Assembly: GCA_963734495.1 (NCBI GenBank)
Contig: CAVTHK010000010.1
Span: forward strand, 128,001-192,000
Source of the DNA: an uncultured Spirochaetota bacterium
Lineage (GTDB): Bacteria > Spirochaetota > Spirochaetia > SZUA-6 > CAVTHK01
Direction of reading: 5' to 3'
DNA: 64,000 nucleotides
In this document: in pieces, positions 51,425 to 61,596 of the stretch
Layout of the letters: every line of letters starts with the position of its first letter
Position numbering within the stretch: the stretch's first letter is position 1
Made by a program: the position numbers and the translations under genes
Notes under the pieces: model-generated
Told to the model about the DNA's origin: nothing
Database searches by the model: none
Seen by the model: the letters and a program-made list of their open reading frames with translations, nothing else

Positions 51425-52864
51425 CTACTGGCGGAAGTTGTCGCTGACCTTCACGAGCAGGAGGAGCTCCGCGGCCTTCGACCCGGGCACCAGTCGGTTG
51501 TTGCTTACCTCGCTGTCGTCCGGCCCGAAAACCACGGGGAAGCCGATCTGTACGGTGGTCAGGGGAAGCGGAGAGAACTCGAGGAAGGGCGAGATGAGGG
51601 CCGAAGCGTCGGACCAGTCTTGCTGCCAGAGCAGATTGAAGCTCAAGCCGCCCGGGCCGAGGTGCAGGAACCGGAGTACCAGAGCAGAGCTGTGGCCGGC
51701 CGGACCGGTCTCATCCTCGAGCCACGAGGTGCCCGGCTTTCGCTCGCCGTTGTAGGCGTACTCCGCGTGCAGCCTGATGTTGGCGTTGGGCAGGCTTCTC
51801 GACAGTCCCACCACCGCGGACGGGTAGATGCGCTCGAGCGGCCCAGCCTCGACCGGGATGCCGCCGCCCGTCGTGGGTATGGGCGCCAGCCAGTCCGAGG
51901 TGAACTTGACCGGATAGGCCACGATGCTCTCCGCCGACAGATCGAACCCCAGGATGGTCGTCTTCATCGCGAGCAGCGAGCGTGGCGTCAGGAGGCGCTG
52001 CCAGAAGCCGGCGATGCTCCATTCGATCGGTCCGGTCACGAGGTCGTACTGCAGGCCGTATCCGGCGTACTTGGGATCGGGCCTGGTCTGATCCGGGAAG
52101 CCGTAGTCGGCAATGTCGAAGCGCGCGATGAGACTGAGCTGGTCGACCCCGAAAGGTATGCTCACCTTCGCCGAGACAGGCAGGTTCGCCAGGCTGGGGT
52201 TGACGATAAGATTCGTCCTCTCCCAGAGCGGCTGGTTGGAGATCGACCAGTCGGGAAGGCTGCGAGCCGGCAGATTCCCGAACTGGTAGAACTGGGAATT
52301 GCCCCAGGTGTAGTCGAATATGCCCAGCCGGACGAACACGGCGTTGAGGATCGTGTAGTCGACGATCATCTCGGAGATCTGGAAACCCGTCGTCGGGAAG
52401 TTGTAGCTCATCTTGCTGCGGAGCCTGAGCTCGGGCGTCGGGCGAACGTCGAATCCGACGCTCGCCGTAAGGGAGCCGCCGCCCTCCGCTCCGAGATCCT
52501 GGCCGGGCGCGGCGGGATCGGGAAGGTCCGCCCAACCGACGCCAAGGTCCCCGTACATCTCGATCGAACCGAAGATATGGATCCTGTCGTCGCGCGTAAG
52601 ATCGTCGGCCCTTACCGCGCCTCCGCGAGCCTGTGCGTCCGCCGCGGGTGCACTGGAGGTCGAGGCCTCAGGCGACCCCGTGGAGGTCCCGTCGTTGAAC
52701 AGCTGGTCCAGCTCGCTCCCCCCGGAGGCGGGCTGCGTGTCGGCCGGCAGCCGAGCGCAGACGGCGGCGACGAGCACCGCAACCGCGAAGGGCCTGGAGA
52801 GGGCCCCGCCTGCCGTCCTCGGCCTCAGGCGAAGGGCCGCCGGGCGCGCGGCGGAGTCATTCAC
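51425..52864 (-). CDS. exported, probable outer-membrane beta-barrel protein
   Basis: Signal peptide; LDQLF acidic plug region; RLGIFDYTWGNS, AEYAYNG; amphipathic strands; overlaps the upstream gene. Confidence 0.7.
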   Translation of the reverse strand: MNDSAARPAALRLRPRTAGGALSRPFAVAVLVAAVCARLPADTQPASGGSELDQLFNDGTSTGSPEASTSSAPAADAQARGGAVRADDLTRDDRIHIFGSIEMYGDLGVGWADLPDPAAPGQDLGAEGGGSLTASVGFDVRPTPELRLRSKMSYNFPTTGFQISEMIVDYTILNAVFVRLGIFDYTWGNSQFYQFGNLPARSLPDWSISNQPLWERTNLIVNPSLANLPVSAKVSIPFGVDQLSLIARFDIADYGFPDQTRPDPKYAGYGLQYDLVTGPIEWSIAGFWQRLLTPRSLLAMKTTILGFDLSAESIVAYPVKFTSDWLAPIPTTGGGIPVEAGPLERIYPSAVVGLSRSLPNANIRLHAEYAYNGERKPGTSWLEDETGPAGHSSALVLRFLHLGPGGLSFNLLWQQDWSDASALISPFLEFSPLPLTTVQIGFPVVFGPDDSEVSNNRLVPGSKAAELLLLVKVSDNFRQ

Positions 52865-53675
52865 TCAGCTTCTCCAACCAGGTCTTTGTGAAGGTCGCGT
52901 CCGGCAGACGCTGAAGCGAGGGCCGGGAGATGGTGTACGTGGTCCGCTCCTTTACGAAGGTGCCGTTGACCTCGGCCCCGCGCAACTCGTCGAGGATCAC
53001 GACAACCTGGGGGACGAAGCGAGCCCCGACCTGCTGATACTCGGGGAACGCCGTCGTCCGCACGTGCTGATTGGAGTAACTGTAGTCCTCCGTCTTCCGC
53101 ACGAGGCCGTCGTCACTGATCCATATCCTCATTTTCGGGAAAGTGATCTCGTCGGTGGTCGCCTTGAGGTCCAGGACCCAGCAGTCGTACTTCCCGAGGC
53201 GCTGGCGCTCGGAGCCGGCCACGGCATAGTCGCCCGCGAGATTCGAGCGGGTGAAATCGGAGTTCCGCGCGTTCAAGTTCTGGAAGCGTTCCTTCGCATT
53301 CGTAAACGTGAACCTCCGGGAGACCGGGTCATAGAACCAGAGATTGTCTCCCGACTTGAGATAACCCTTCCCCTTGTCTTCCTCCGGTTTCACCATGACG
53401 ATGAGATACTGGTTCTCCTTGTCTCTCCTGAATACCATTGCCTCCTTGGTGCTCGTCCCGTGGCCCGGGACCGCCTGCACGAAGGTGTAGAAGGCGGAGA
53501 AGTCGGAGTCGGGGAAAGTCACGAGGGCATCCGCCTTCTTCAGAATCTGGATAAAGTCGGGGGCACCGCCCGTTGCCTGCGCCCCCGCGAGGAAAGGCAC
53601 CAGCATCATGGCTGCCAAAGGCAGGAGCGTCCGCGCGGCGGCGGCCCAGGAGTGGCCTCTCACGGAGTTGCTCAT
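52857..53675 (-). CDS. outer membrane lipoprotein-sorting protein (LolA-like)
   Basis: Signal peptide ...LAGA|Q; KPEEDKGKGYLKSGDNLWFYDP, FQNLNARNSDF, LPDATFTKTWLE. Confidence 0.88.
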   Translation of the reverse strand: MSNSVRGHSWAAAARTLLPLAAMMLVPFLAGAQATGGAPDFIQILKKADALVTFPDSDFSAFYTFVQAVPGHGTSTKEAMVFRRDKENQYLIVMVKPEEDKGKGYLKSGDNLWFYDPVSRRFTFTNAKERFQNLNARNSDFTRSNLAGDYAVAGSERQRLGKYDCWVLDLKATTDEITFPKMRIWISDDGLVRKTEDYSYSNQHVRTTAFPEYQQVGARFVPQVVVILDELRGAEVNGTFVKERTTYTISRPSLQRLPDATFTKTWLEKLSE

Positions 53676-54937
53676 CAATCGGCTCGCAGGGCAACCACCG
53701 GCTCAATGGTCTGCGCCTCATGGGCCGGACCCAACGCGGCAACGATGGTGAGCAGGAGTATGAGCACGGCATCCGTTCCTATCATATCAGGATTCAGCAC
53801 CCAGGTCAGGTGCCCTCTGTCGAGAAATATGTCGAGCCCCGCCGATCCGGTCAACCGGATGTGAGAGACGCCAATCAGCACGATAACGCTGAGGGCAAGC
53901 CCGGCCGCGATGCTGCACAGCGCGAGAAAGAAAGCCTCGGAGAGAATAAGGACTCTCACCTGCGCCCTCTGCACACCCATCGCCCGCATCGTGCCGATCT
54001 CCTGCGTGCGCTCATAGATCATCACCCGGTACATGTTGAGAATCCCAACGGCGATGACGATGAACAGAAGCCCCAGGATACCATAGCTGATCAGGGTGAG
54101 CGCTTCGAGCATCGTCTTGATCTCAGGCATGAAACCCAGCATGGACGCGGCTGTGTAGCGGGCAGCCGGCAGCGGGAGGCCCGCGGCCGCGGGCGGGCGA
54201 GCGGCGAGGGCTTCGCGGACGCGGGCCGCCGCTTCCTCCGCCGAGCGGTAGTCGGAGAGGTAGAGCCCCACCGTCGCGCTGTAGCGCGGGTCCAGGCCGA
54301 GAGCTCCGTTCAGCACGCCCCGGCTCATGTAGACGGTGTAGTAGCCAAAGATGCTGGCCTCGCGGAAGATGGCCTTGACCCGCAGGGAGATCGTGTCGAT
54401 GGCCCCTCCCTCCCGGCTTACCTGAAGAACGATCTGATCGCCCACCCGGGCTCCCGTACGCTTCGCGGTCACCTCGGAGATGAGCGCGCCGAAGGGATCG
54501 CTCATATCGCCGGGGTTGCCCGCGACGAACTCCAGCCTGCCTATGGCCGCGCTCTCCGCCGACCAATCCATCCCGATGATCCGCCTGATCAGGACCGATT
54601 CACCGTTGGCGAACAGGATCCCGTCCCCTCCGTAGTGGGTGCGATGGGCGATGGCCTCCGGGCGCAGGCCCGAACGGGAGATCGCCTCCATGATGATGCC
54701 GTCTTCCTCGGCAGGGGCCGCATCCGCCGGGAGATCCTCGTCTCTGCTGATGATCACGTGCCCGCCATAGTAGCGGGCGCCCCGTATGGCGATCTGTTGC
54801 GACAGGCCGGCAACGAGGCTCTGAATGGTGCACACAAAGAAGAAGCCCGAGGCTGCCGCGATGCCCAGCAGCAGGAAGCGGCGGCCGTTCCTCGTAAAGT
54901 TGCGCAACGCGATCAGCAGAGCCGCCCGCGCTTTCAT
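53675..54937 (-). CDS. FtsX/LolE-like ABC permease
   Basis: IALRNFTRN; IYERTQEIGTMRAMG; IEPVVALR. Confidence 0.92.
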   Translation of the reverse strand: MKARAALLIALRNFTRNGRRFLLLGIAAASGFFFVCTIQSLVAGLSQQIAIRGARYYGGHVIISRDEDLPADAAPAEEDGIIMEAISRSGLRPEAIAHRTHYGGDGILFANGESVLIRRIIGMDWSAESAAIGRLEFVAGNPGDMSDPFGALISEVTAKRTGARVGDQIVLQVSREGGAIDTISLRVKAIFREASIFGYYTVYMSRGVLNGALGLDPRYSATVGLYLSDYRSAEEAAARVREALAARPPAAAGLPLPAARYTAASMLGFMPEIKTMLEALTLISYGILGLLFIVIAVGILNMYRVMIYERTQEIGTMRAMGVQRAQVRVLILSEAFFLALCSIAAGLALSVIVLIGVSHIRLTGSAGLDIFLDRGHLTWVLNPDMIGTDAVLILLLTIVAALGPAHEAQTIEPVVALRAD

Positions 54938-56433
54938 GTCTTGTGAACTGCCCTGACCGGCTCGATCCGCAGTGCCAGCCGCACGGGGTACATCCAGGCA
55001 ATCGTCCCCAGGACGAGCGAAGCGAACAGCGACATCGCGATGTTCCCGACAGTGACGACGGGGTGCAGAGACGTCCCTCCGAAGAGAAGGATGAGGATCT
55101 GATTGCCCAGGCGGGGGGAGGCCCGGTCGAGGAGCGCCGCCGCGGCTGCGCCCGTCGCGATCCCGACGATCCCCGAAATCAGGGTGAGGGCACCGGTTTC
55201 GATGACGAACAGGCTGCGGATGAATCCCCGCCGGGCGCCGATGGCGCGCATCGTGCCGATTTCGCCGGTGCGCTCGAAGACGGACATCACGAGCGAGTTC
55301 ATCGTCAGGATGAGAACGATCCCTCCGACCATGAAGATCCCGACGTACATGACGACCTGCATGAGGAACACGTAGGTGGCCACGCCTCCGGCGGTGGCTC
55401 GCCAGTCGCGGACCTGGACCGCAAGACCGGCCGCTGCCATTTCCAGCCGGAGAGCGGCTGCGACGCGGCCCTTGTCAGCCCCCGGTTTCGTCCTGACGAG
55501 GATGAAGTGCCAGGCGCCGCCGTGGTCGAGCGACGACGCGGTCGAAGCTTCGCCGGCGCGCTGAGCCTCGGTCATGAGCTTCTTGAGCTCCTCCACGCTC
55601 ACCGGCTTTGAGGGCTGGTCTCCCCGATCCGCGGGAGCCGCGACGGGCCGGCCGGAAAAGAGGGAATCCACATCGACGGCGGCGGCGGCCTCGCCCGAGG
55701 CAGCAGCCAACGTGACTGCCGCCGCGGGGGCCGCGTCGCTCTGGGAATAGCCGCAGAGGGCGCGTACGATGCGACCGTCCGCAATCACGACGCGCCTGAG
55801 CGCATCGTTGCCCGGCTGGTATCGGATGATCCCCGCCAGGGTCGCTTCCCTGATCGTGAAGCTCTGACTGCGGAACAGGGAGAGCTGCACCTTGTCGCCG
55901 GGCGCCAGGGGATGACCGAGCGCTACTGCGACCTCCCCCGCCCACTCCTCGGTGAGGACCGCCCACCCGGAACTGCCCGGAGGCGGCGGAGCGCCGACCG
56001 TGAACGCGAGATCGCGGAACATGGAGAAGTACTCGTCGCCGATCACGCCGAGGGCCAGTCCGCGGTTGTGGCGGCCGGCTTCCTCCAGCACGACCGGGGA
56101 AGAAAGGACGTACGCCGTGGCCGCCACGCCGGGAGTGCCGGCGGCTCGTTCGCCGACCTCGGCGGCATTCAGGATCAGCGGCTCTGCGTCGTACTCCCCG
56201 ATCACAGGAACATCGGGCCCAAAGAGACTGAAGGACCGATCGCTGGATGCGCTGAGCGACAGGTCCGCGGTGAAACTCTCGGAAAAAGTCTGCTGGATTC
56301 CGCCGACCGAACCTTCCAGCACGGCGTTGCCCAGGAAGAACGCGGCAATCCCCGTCGCGATGAGCACCGCGACGACAAGATTCTTGCGCCAGTGGCGGCC
56401 GAGATTCCGCCAGGCGATGCGCAAGAGGATCAT
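54934..56433 (-). CDS. FtsX/LolE-like ABC permease
   Basis: IAWRNLGRH; MSVFERTGEIGTMRAIG; YPVRLALRIEPVRAV; ATGA overlap with the next gene. Confidence 0.92.
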   Translation of the reverse strand: MILLRIAWRNLGRHWRKNLVVAVLIATGIAAFFLGNAVLEGSVGGIQQTFSESFTADLSLSASSDRSFSLFGPDVPVIGEYDAEPLILNAAEVGERAAGTPGVAATAYVLSSPVVLEEAGRHNRGLALGVIGDEYFSMFRDLAFTVGAPPPPGSSGWAVLTEEWAGEVAVALGHPLAPGDKVQLSLFRSQSFTIREATLAGIIRYQPGNDALRRVVIADGRIVRALCGYSQSDAAPAAAVTLAAASGEAAAAVDVDSLFSGRPVAAPADRGDQPSKPVSVEELKKLMTEAQRAGEASTASSLDHGGAWHFILVRTKPGADKGRVAAALRLEMAAAGLAVQVRDWRATAGGVATYVFLMQVVMYVGIFMVGGIVLILTMNSLVMSVFERTGEIGTMRAIGARRGFIRSLFVIETGALTLISGIVGIATGAAAAALLDRASPRLGNQILILLFGGTSLHPVVTVGNIAMSLFASLVLGTIAWMYPVRLALRIEPVRAVHKT

Positions 56434-56783
56434 TGCGGCAGTGTAGCCCGGCGACAACCTTCTCTACAACGGGGCGCCGGCACGCGGACCGCATCTCGGC
56501 CTGCTCCGGCTCTCTTGGCGCGCAAGGCGCGCAACGGCACCCTCCCTTTCCCACGCCCTCCGTGCCTTGAGGGCGACATCGCACCACGACAACTTAATAT
56601 GCGGGCCATGGAATCGGGAAGGCCCTCAAGCCGCCGCCTGCGCCGTGCGCCGTTTCCGTTTTCATGTTGACGATTGTCCTGTCCGCTTCCTATTTTGATG
56701 GAAATGAGCAGGTACGAAAGTATCGAGCCGGTGTCATGCGCTCCCTTCGCAGGTCTGACTGAAGGTCTCCAAAGAGGCATCCG

Positions 56784-58121
56784 ATGAGCTCAACAATCCA
56801 GGCGGGTTCGATTGCTCGCTCGCGCGACGTTCTGAGTTGGGCCTTGTCGGCAACGATCGTCTTCGGAGTCGGGTTCTACCTGTACGCCAGCCTGCACAGT
56901 CAGATCTTTCGCTACGAGATCGACACGGCCGAGTCCCACCCCTGGGTCCGACTTCTGACGTATCCGAGCGTTCTCTGGAGCGTAATGGCCACCGTCCTGC
57001 TCACTTTCCGGACGGCCCTCTGGGTGCGCTACCGTCCCTTCCCATCGCTGCCGCTGGACGAGGCGCCTTCGCTTACCGTGATCATTCCGGCCTACAACGA
57101 AGGCCCCATGGTCCTGAAGTCGATCGAGTCGGTCATTTCGGCCCGCTATCCGAGGGACAAGCTCGAGGTCTTCGTCGTAGACGACGGCAGCAAAGACGAT
57201 ACGTGGCTGCACATTCAGACGGCCGCGTCACGGTACACTGACGCCGTCACAGCGCTCCGATTCGACCAGAATCGGGGAAAGCGGGCCGCCCTCGGCGTCG
57301 GATTCCAGAGGGCGCGCGGCGACTTTGTCGTGACGCTGGACTCCGACAGCGTGATCGACCGCGACGCGCTCCTCGCTATCGTCGCGCCGTTCCGCAACCC
57401 GCGCGTCGGCGCTGTGGCCGGCAAGGTGACGGTCTATAACCGGCGGGAAGGGCTGATACCGCGCATGCTGCACGTGAGGTACCTGCTGGCATTCGATCTG
57501 CTGCGCGCCGTCGAATCCTCCTACGGCACCGTGTATTGCTGCCCGGGGGCGCTTACCGCCTACCGGACGAGCGCCGTGCGGAAGGTGCTGCCGCGGTGGC
57601 TCACGCAGACCTTCCTCGGCGTCGCCTGCACGTACGGCGAGGACCGTGCCCTCACCAACGATTTGCTGGCGGAAGGATTCGACAGCGTCTACCAGGGCAC
57701 CGCCGAAGTGAAAACCGTGGTCCCCACGACGTATCGCAAGCTCGCCAAGATGTTCCTGCGCTGGAATCGGAGCTACGTGCGCGAAGAGATGCGATTCATG
57801 AAGATCGTCTGGACGCGGCGGCCGGTCGCGCGCGTGATCGCCATCTTCGACCGACTCATCACGAATCTCCGCTACCCCGTGAGCTACTTGAGCCTCGCTC
57901 TGCTGGCGACCCTCGCGGTGGCGACGCCTTTCGTGCTGCTCCGCTTCCTGGCGGTTGTCGGCCTGATGTCCCTGCTCAACATGCTCTACTACCTGCGGAG
58001 CGAGCTCTCGGCCGACTTCTTCTACGGGATCCTGTTCTCCTATTTCTCACTCTTCGCCCTGTCCTGGATCTTCCCCTACGCGTTCTTCACAGTGAAGGCG
58101 CGTTCCTGGCTGACGCGCTGA
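56784..58121 (+). CDS. processive GT2 glycosyltransferase (hyaluronan synthase/NodC-like)
   Basis: IIPAYNE, DDGS, NRGKR, LDSDS, CCPGALTAYR, YGEDRALT, LRWNRS; N- and C-terminal TM helices. Confidence 0.9.
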   Translation: MSSTIQAGSIARSRDVLSWALSATIVFGVGFYLYASLHSQIFRYEIDTAESHPWVRLLTYPSVLWSVMATVLLTFRTALWVRYRPFPSLPLDEAPSLTVIIPAYNEGPMVLKSIESVISARYPRDKLEVFVVDDGSKDDTWLHIQTAASRYTDAVTALRFDQNRGKRAALGVGFQRARGDFVVTLDSDSVIDRDALLAIVAPFRNPRVGAVAGKVTVYNRREGLIPRMLHVRYLLAFDLLRAVESSYGTVYCCPGALTAYRTSAVRKVLPRWLTQTFLGVACTYGEDRALTNDLLAEGFDSVYQGTAEVKTVVPTTYRKLAKMFLRWNRSYVREEMRFMKIVWTRRPVARVIAIFDRLITNLRYPVSYLSLALLATLAVATPFVLLRFLAVVGLMSLLNMLYYLRSELSADFFYGILFSYFSLFALSWIFPYAFFTVKARSWLTR

Positions 58122-58131
58122 GAGCGGCCGA

Positions 58132-58974
58132 TCAGCGTGCGGGAGCGCGCGGAGTGCCGTCCGGATGGGGCGGCAGCGGGACGCGCTCGCCGAAGATCCG
58201 CCACGCAAGCCTGTCGGCCTCACGCTGTATCTCGACCCCGGCGCGGGAGGCGAAGAAGGCGATCCCGGGCATCTCCGGAGCGTTCCGCCGTACCCACTCC
58301 ATCTGCGAGCGCAGATCCTCGGGGGTGTTGGCCCACGGGTCCGCCGATCCGTCGGGCCCCCGGTCTTCGTTGTTGATGCCGAGGGCGAACACCGTCTTGC
58401 CGACGATGCGTCCTTCGCGCGCCAGGTCCAGATTCTCCGCGAATCGACGGAACGGGTGCTTCTTCGTCGAGCAGTAGCTTTCCAGCATGACCAGGTCGGC
58501 GTGTTCCCTGTAGCACCGGACCATCTCAGGGGTCAGGCGGCCTGCATGCCACACTGCAATATAGAGCTTGGGGTCCCTGCGCTTGGCCAGGGCCAGCGCC
58601 TTGCTCATCTTCTCGTCGGTCCGGGCGTCCGTATGCCCGAACTCGTCGATCGCTATTCCCTGGAAACCGAGGGCCCGGGCGCCGCACCAGTAATCGGCAA
58701 GCTCTTCGGCGGTCTTGTCCTCGGCGATGGCCCTCCCGTCGCGGTACTTCAGCAGCATGATCCCCTTTGAAAGGGACCGACCGCGCGCATGCGTTTCCTT
58801 CGACGCCGAACCGGCGGCAAACGCCGTGACGTGCGTGATGTGCGGCAAGGCCTCGGGATAGGCCGTCCAGAAGAGGATGATCGGCGGTGGGGCCTGGGCC
58901 GCCGCCGCCGTGCGGCCGAGGGCAAGGATAGCGGCGGCGAGTGCGGCGACGAGGAATCTCCCGCGCGCGGGCAT
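58132..58974 (-). CDS. secreted hypothetical protein, possibly TIM-barrel glycoside-hydrolase-like
   Basis: Internal ATG with signal peptide MPARGRFLVAALAAAILALGRTAAAA|Q; GFQGIAIDEFG, ADLVMLESY, MPGIAFF. Confidence 0.55.
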   Translation of the reverse strand: MPARGRFLVAALAAAILALGRTAAAAQAPPPIILFWTAYPEALPHITHVTAFAAGSASKETHARGRSLSKGIMLLKYRDGRAIAEDKTAEELADYWCGARALGFQGIAIDEFGHTDARTDEKMSKALALAKRRDPKLYIAVWHAGRLTPEMVRCYREHADLVMLESYCSTKKHPFRRFAENLDLAREGRIVGKTVFALGINNEDRGPDGSADPWANTPEDLRSQMEWVRRNAPEMPGIAFFASRAGVEIQREADRLAWRIFGERVPLPPHPDGTPRAPAR

Positions 58975-59134
58975 GCGAAGAAGCCCGCGGGCCCTGCCGG
59001 CGAGTGGTCGCCGTCCGAAATTGCCGTCACCAATCAGCGCTGTGGTACACAAGGGACAGGTTCTCAATGACGCCAACGCGACCGCGATGTCAACTCCCCC
59101 TCTGCGTTGGCTGCGTTGGCGATCAACGCCGGAT

Positions 59135-59535
59135 TCGAGATCCTGGTGCTCGTACTCCGGGTGGATGGCGCTCTTGCGCCAGAGCTCAAGCGACGCCGCC
59201 TCTATGATCGCCAGTTGCTTCCGCCGCCAGCCGGCGTATTCCTCGACGAGGCGGTCCACGCTTCGCACCGGGACTCCCGCGGGAACCTCCTCGTGGTGCT
59301 CGTCCGGGTTGAACGGCACGATCTGCGGCCGCTCCTCGTCCCGCACGAGCTCGAGTCTCTGGTGGATGACCTCTTGAGTGAGGACCATGTGTTCCAGGTG
59401 CTCGTAGATGGTCCAGAACCCTTCCCCGTGGCGGGCGTGCAGCTTCGCCTCCGGGATGCTCTGCAGGAACTCCTTGACGATGACCGGGTATTGCCTGAGC
59501 GCCTCGATGAGGGGAGCCGTGGACATAGGCTGCAC
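59135..59535 (-). pseudogene. DinB-family protein, 3'-truncated
   Basis: SD AGGAGG; FWTIYEHLEHM...HPEY, then family-like sequence stops before the C-terminal His-containing helix and reads in frame into the next ORF. Confidence 0.6.
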
Positions 59536-59655
59536 TTGCTTCCTCCTGCGCTCAAGGGTAGCGCCGCGGGCACGGCATCGTACAGGATATGCAGTTGACG
59601 CCGCCCCCGCCCGAAACGCCGGGACGCGCGCCGTGCGGGTCGCGGGCGGGCCTGC

Positions 59656-60585
59656 TCAGCCCCTGAAGTAGTGCGGTGCCGCCGGGTCGATGATGACCCG
59701 CAGGGACGCGGGCAGCAGGTCGACCTCGAAGCGGCGCGCGAAGATCACCTCGCCGTCGAGGTGAGCCGGGACCTCCCGGCCGTAATCGAAGATCGCCTTG
59801 TCTGTCTGGTTGTACTGGATGCAGGCCAGCCCCAGGTGCGCCTGACGCTTGATCGCCGAGAACAGCCCGAAACGGGCCGGCACCGCCATCGGGTCCGTCA
59901 TGCAGATGTCGAGGAGCCCGTCGTTCGCCACCGCCCTCGGCGTGACGTGCAGGCCGCCCGCCAGTCTCCTCCCGTTGGCGATGGTGTTGAGAAAGCTCTT
60001 CTTCTCCACCGTCTGCCCGCCCATCGTGAGGCGCATCGGCTTCTCGCGGTAGAGGAGGATGTTCTTGACGATGTGCCACATGTACTTGGACTTGCTCCCC
60101 TTGCGCACCTCCCCGCCGTCTTCCATGTGGTAGTTTTCGTAGGCGATCTGCGCGTCGACGCCGAGCCCCATGCCGTTGAGGAAATAGCGGCCGTTGCACC
60201 GTCCCACGTCCATGGAGACGGCGTTGGCGGCGAACAGGGTCGCCCACTCCGCGTCGGTGAAACGGTCGGGGAACCCGAGCATGTGGACGAAGTCGTTGCC
60301 CGTGCCGGCCGATACGACGCCGAAGCTCACCTCGGGATGCCCCACGAGAGGCTGGGCCGTCTCGCTCATCGTGCCGTCCCCACCGACGCCGACGACAAAG
60401 GCGAACCCCCTTTCGACAAAGGACGCCGCGAGCTCGGTGGCGTGGCCCTTGGCGCGGGTCAGTGCGACCTCCCCGCTCACCCCGTGGCGCCGCATCATCT
60501 CGCGCGCGGTGGCCTCGCAGGTCGCCGCGAAGCCGTTCCCGGCGATCGGGTTGACCACGAACCCCCAGCCCTCACGGTTCCGCAT
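59656..60585 (-). CDS. diacylglycerol/lipid kinase family protein (YegS/BmrU)
   Basis: VNPIAG, GGDGT, GTGNDF, DVG, GLGVDA, DGLLD, HLDGE. Confidence 0.93.
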   Translation of the reverse strand: MRNREGWGFVVNPIAGNGFAATCEATAREMMRRHGVSGEVALTRAKGHATELAASFVERGFAFVVGVGGDGTMSETAQPLVGHPEVSFGVVSAGTGNDFVHMLGFPDRFTDAEWATLFAANAVSMDVGRCNGRYFLNGMGLGVDAQIAYENYHMEDGGEVRKGSKSKYMWHIVKNILLYREKPMRLTMGGQTVEKKSFLNTIANGRRLAGGLHVTPRAVANDGLLDICMTDPMAVPARFGLFSAIKRQAHLGLACIQYNQTDKAIFDYGREVPAHLDGEVIFARRFEVDLLPASLRVIIDPAAPHYFRG

Positions 60586-61355
60586 GTCCCGGTCCCTCCG
60601 CGCGCTCCATCGCCACGCGCACTCTCTGCAGTATCTGTTCGTCCGAGAGGACGACGAGATCGGCGTGGCGAAGCGGCGGATGCGCTTCGACCCTGATCGG
60701 CTCGCGAGGATCGACGGTAAAGCGGCCCTTGGGCTTGAGTGCGTAGGTCCCGCTGACCGTCACGGGCAGGAGATCGCGGCCGCTCGCGCGGAGAACCCTG
60801 ACAAAGCCGCGCTTGAGAGCCTGCAGCCGGCCCGTCCTGGTCCTCGTTCCCTCGGGGAAGATGCCCACCGTGACTCCGTCGGTGGCCGCGCGGACCGCCT
60901 CGTCCATGGCACGCAGCGCCCCGTGCGCGCCGGCCGTGTCGATGGGGACGAACCGCAGGCTCCTCAGCAGGTAGCCGAGGACGGGGATGCGCCAGAGGTA
61001 CTCGCGGCCGACGATGGCGATGCCGGGGATCGCGGCCATCAGAGCGGGGATGTCGAAGAGGCTCGCGTGGTTGGCCAGCACGATGCACGGGCGCGCGGCC
61101 GCGATCGTCTCCCTGCCGCGCACGACGAGGTTGCGGCCCGGTGATCCAGAACGTGAATCGCCCCCACAGCACGGTCTCGGCGCGCGCGAGCGCGCGCAGC
61201 CCGAGGAGCGCCGCGAGCGCAGCGGTGGCTATGAACACGGCGCTACAGGGATAACCGAGGAGGTACAGGGAGAGCGTGGCGAGCGTGATCCTGATGTAAG
61301 CGGCGGCGTCTGCGATGAGGCGTCCGGGCTCCTCCAGCGACCGCCGTGGTTTCAT
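60572..61355 (-). CDS. plsC: lysophospholipid acyltransferase (apparent frameshift near 61140)
   Basis: NHASLFD (HX4D), IFPEGTR, KRGF; N-terminal TM in a different frame. Confidence 0.88.
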
Positions 61356-61596
61356 GAGCCCACTTTATACATCATTTCGGCGCAGCGCGCCATCCGCATT
61401 CCTCGCCGCAGGCAGGCTGCCGCGGAAGCTGCCATTCGGCCGACGGACGCCCCGGCCGCTCCGTCGAAGCGACGCGGGGCGACGCGGACCGGGCTTTGAC
61501 GCCTTTGACGGGCGGCGACCTGGGTGCTACAGTCCGCACCGGACAGACGCGCTCGACGCGCCCGCATCCTCCCGCCGACAAGGAGCCGCGCGAATC

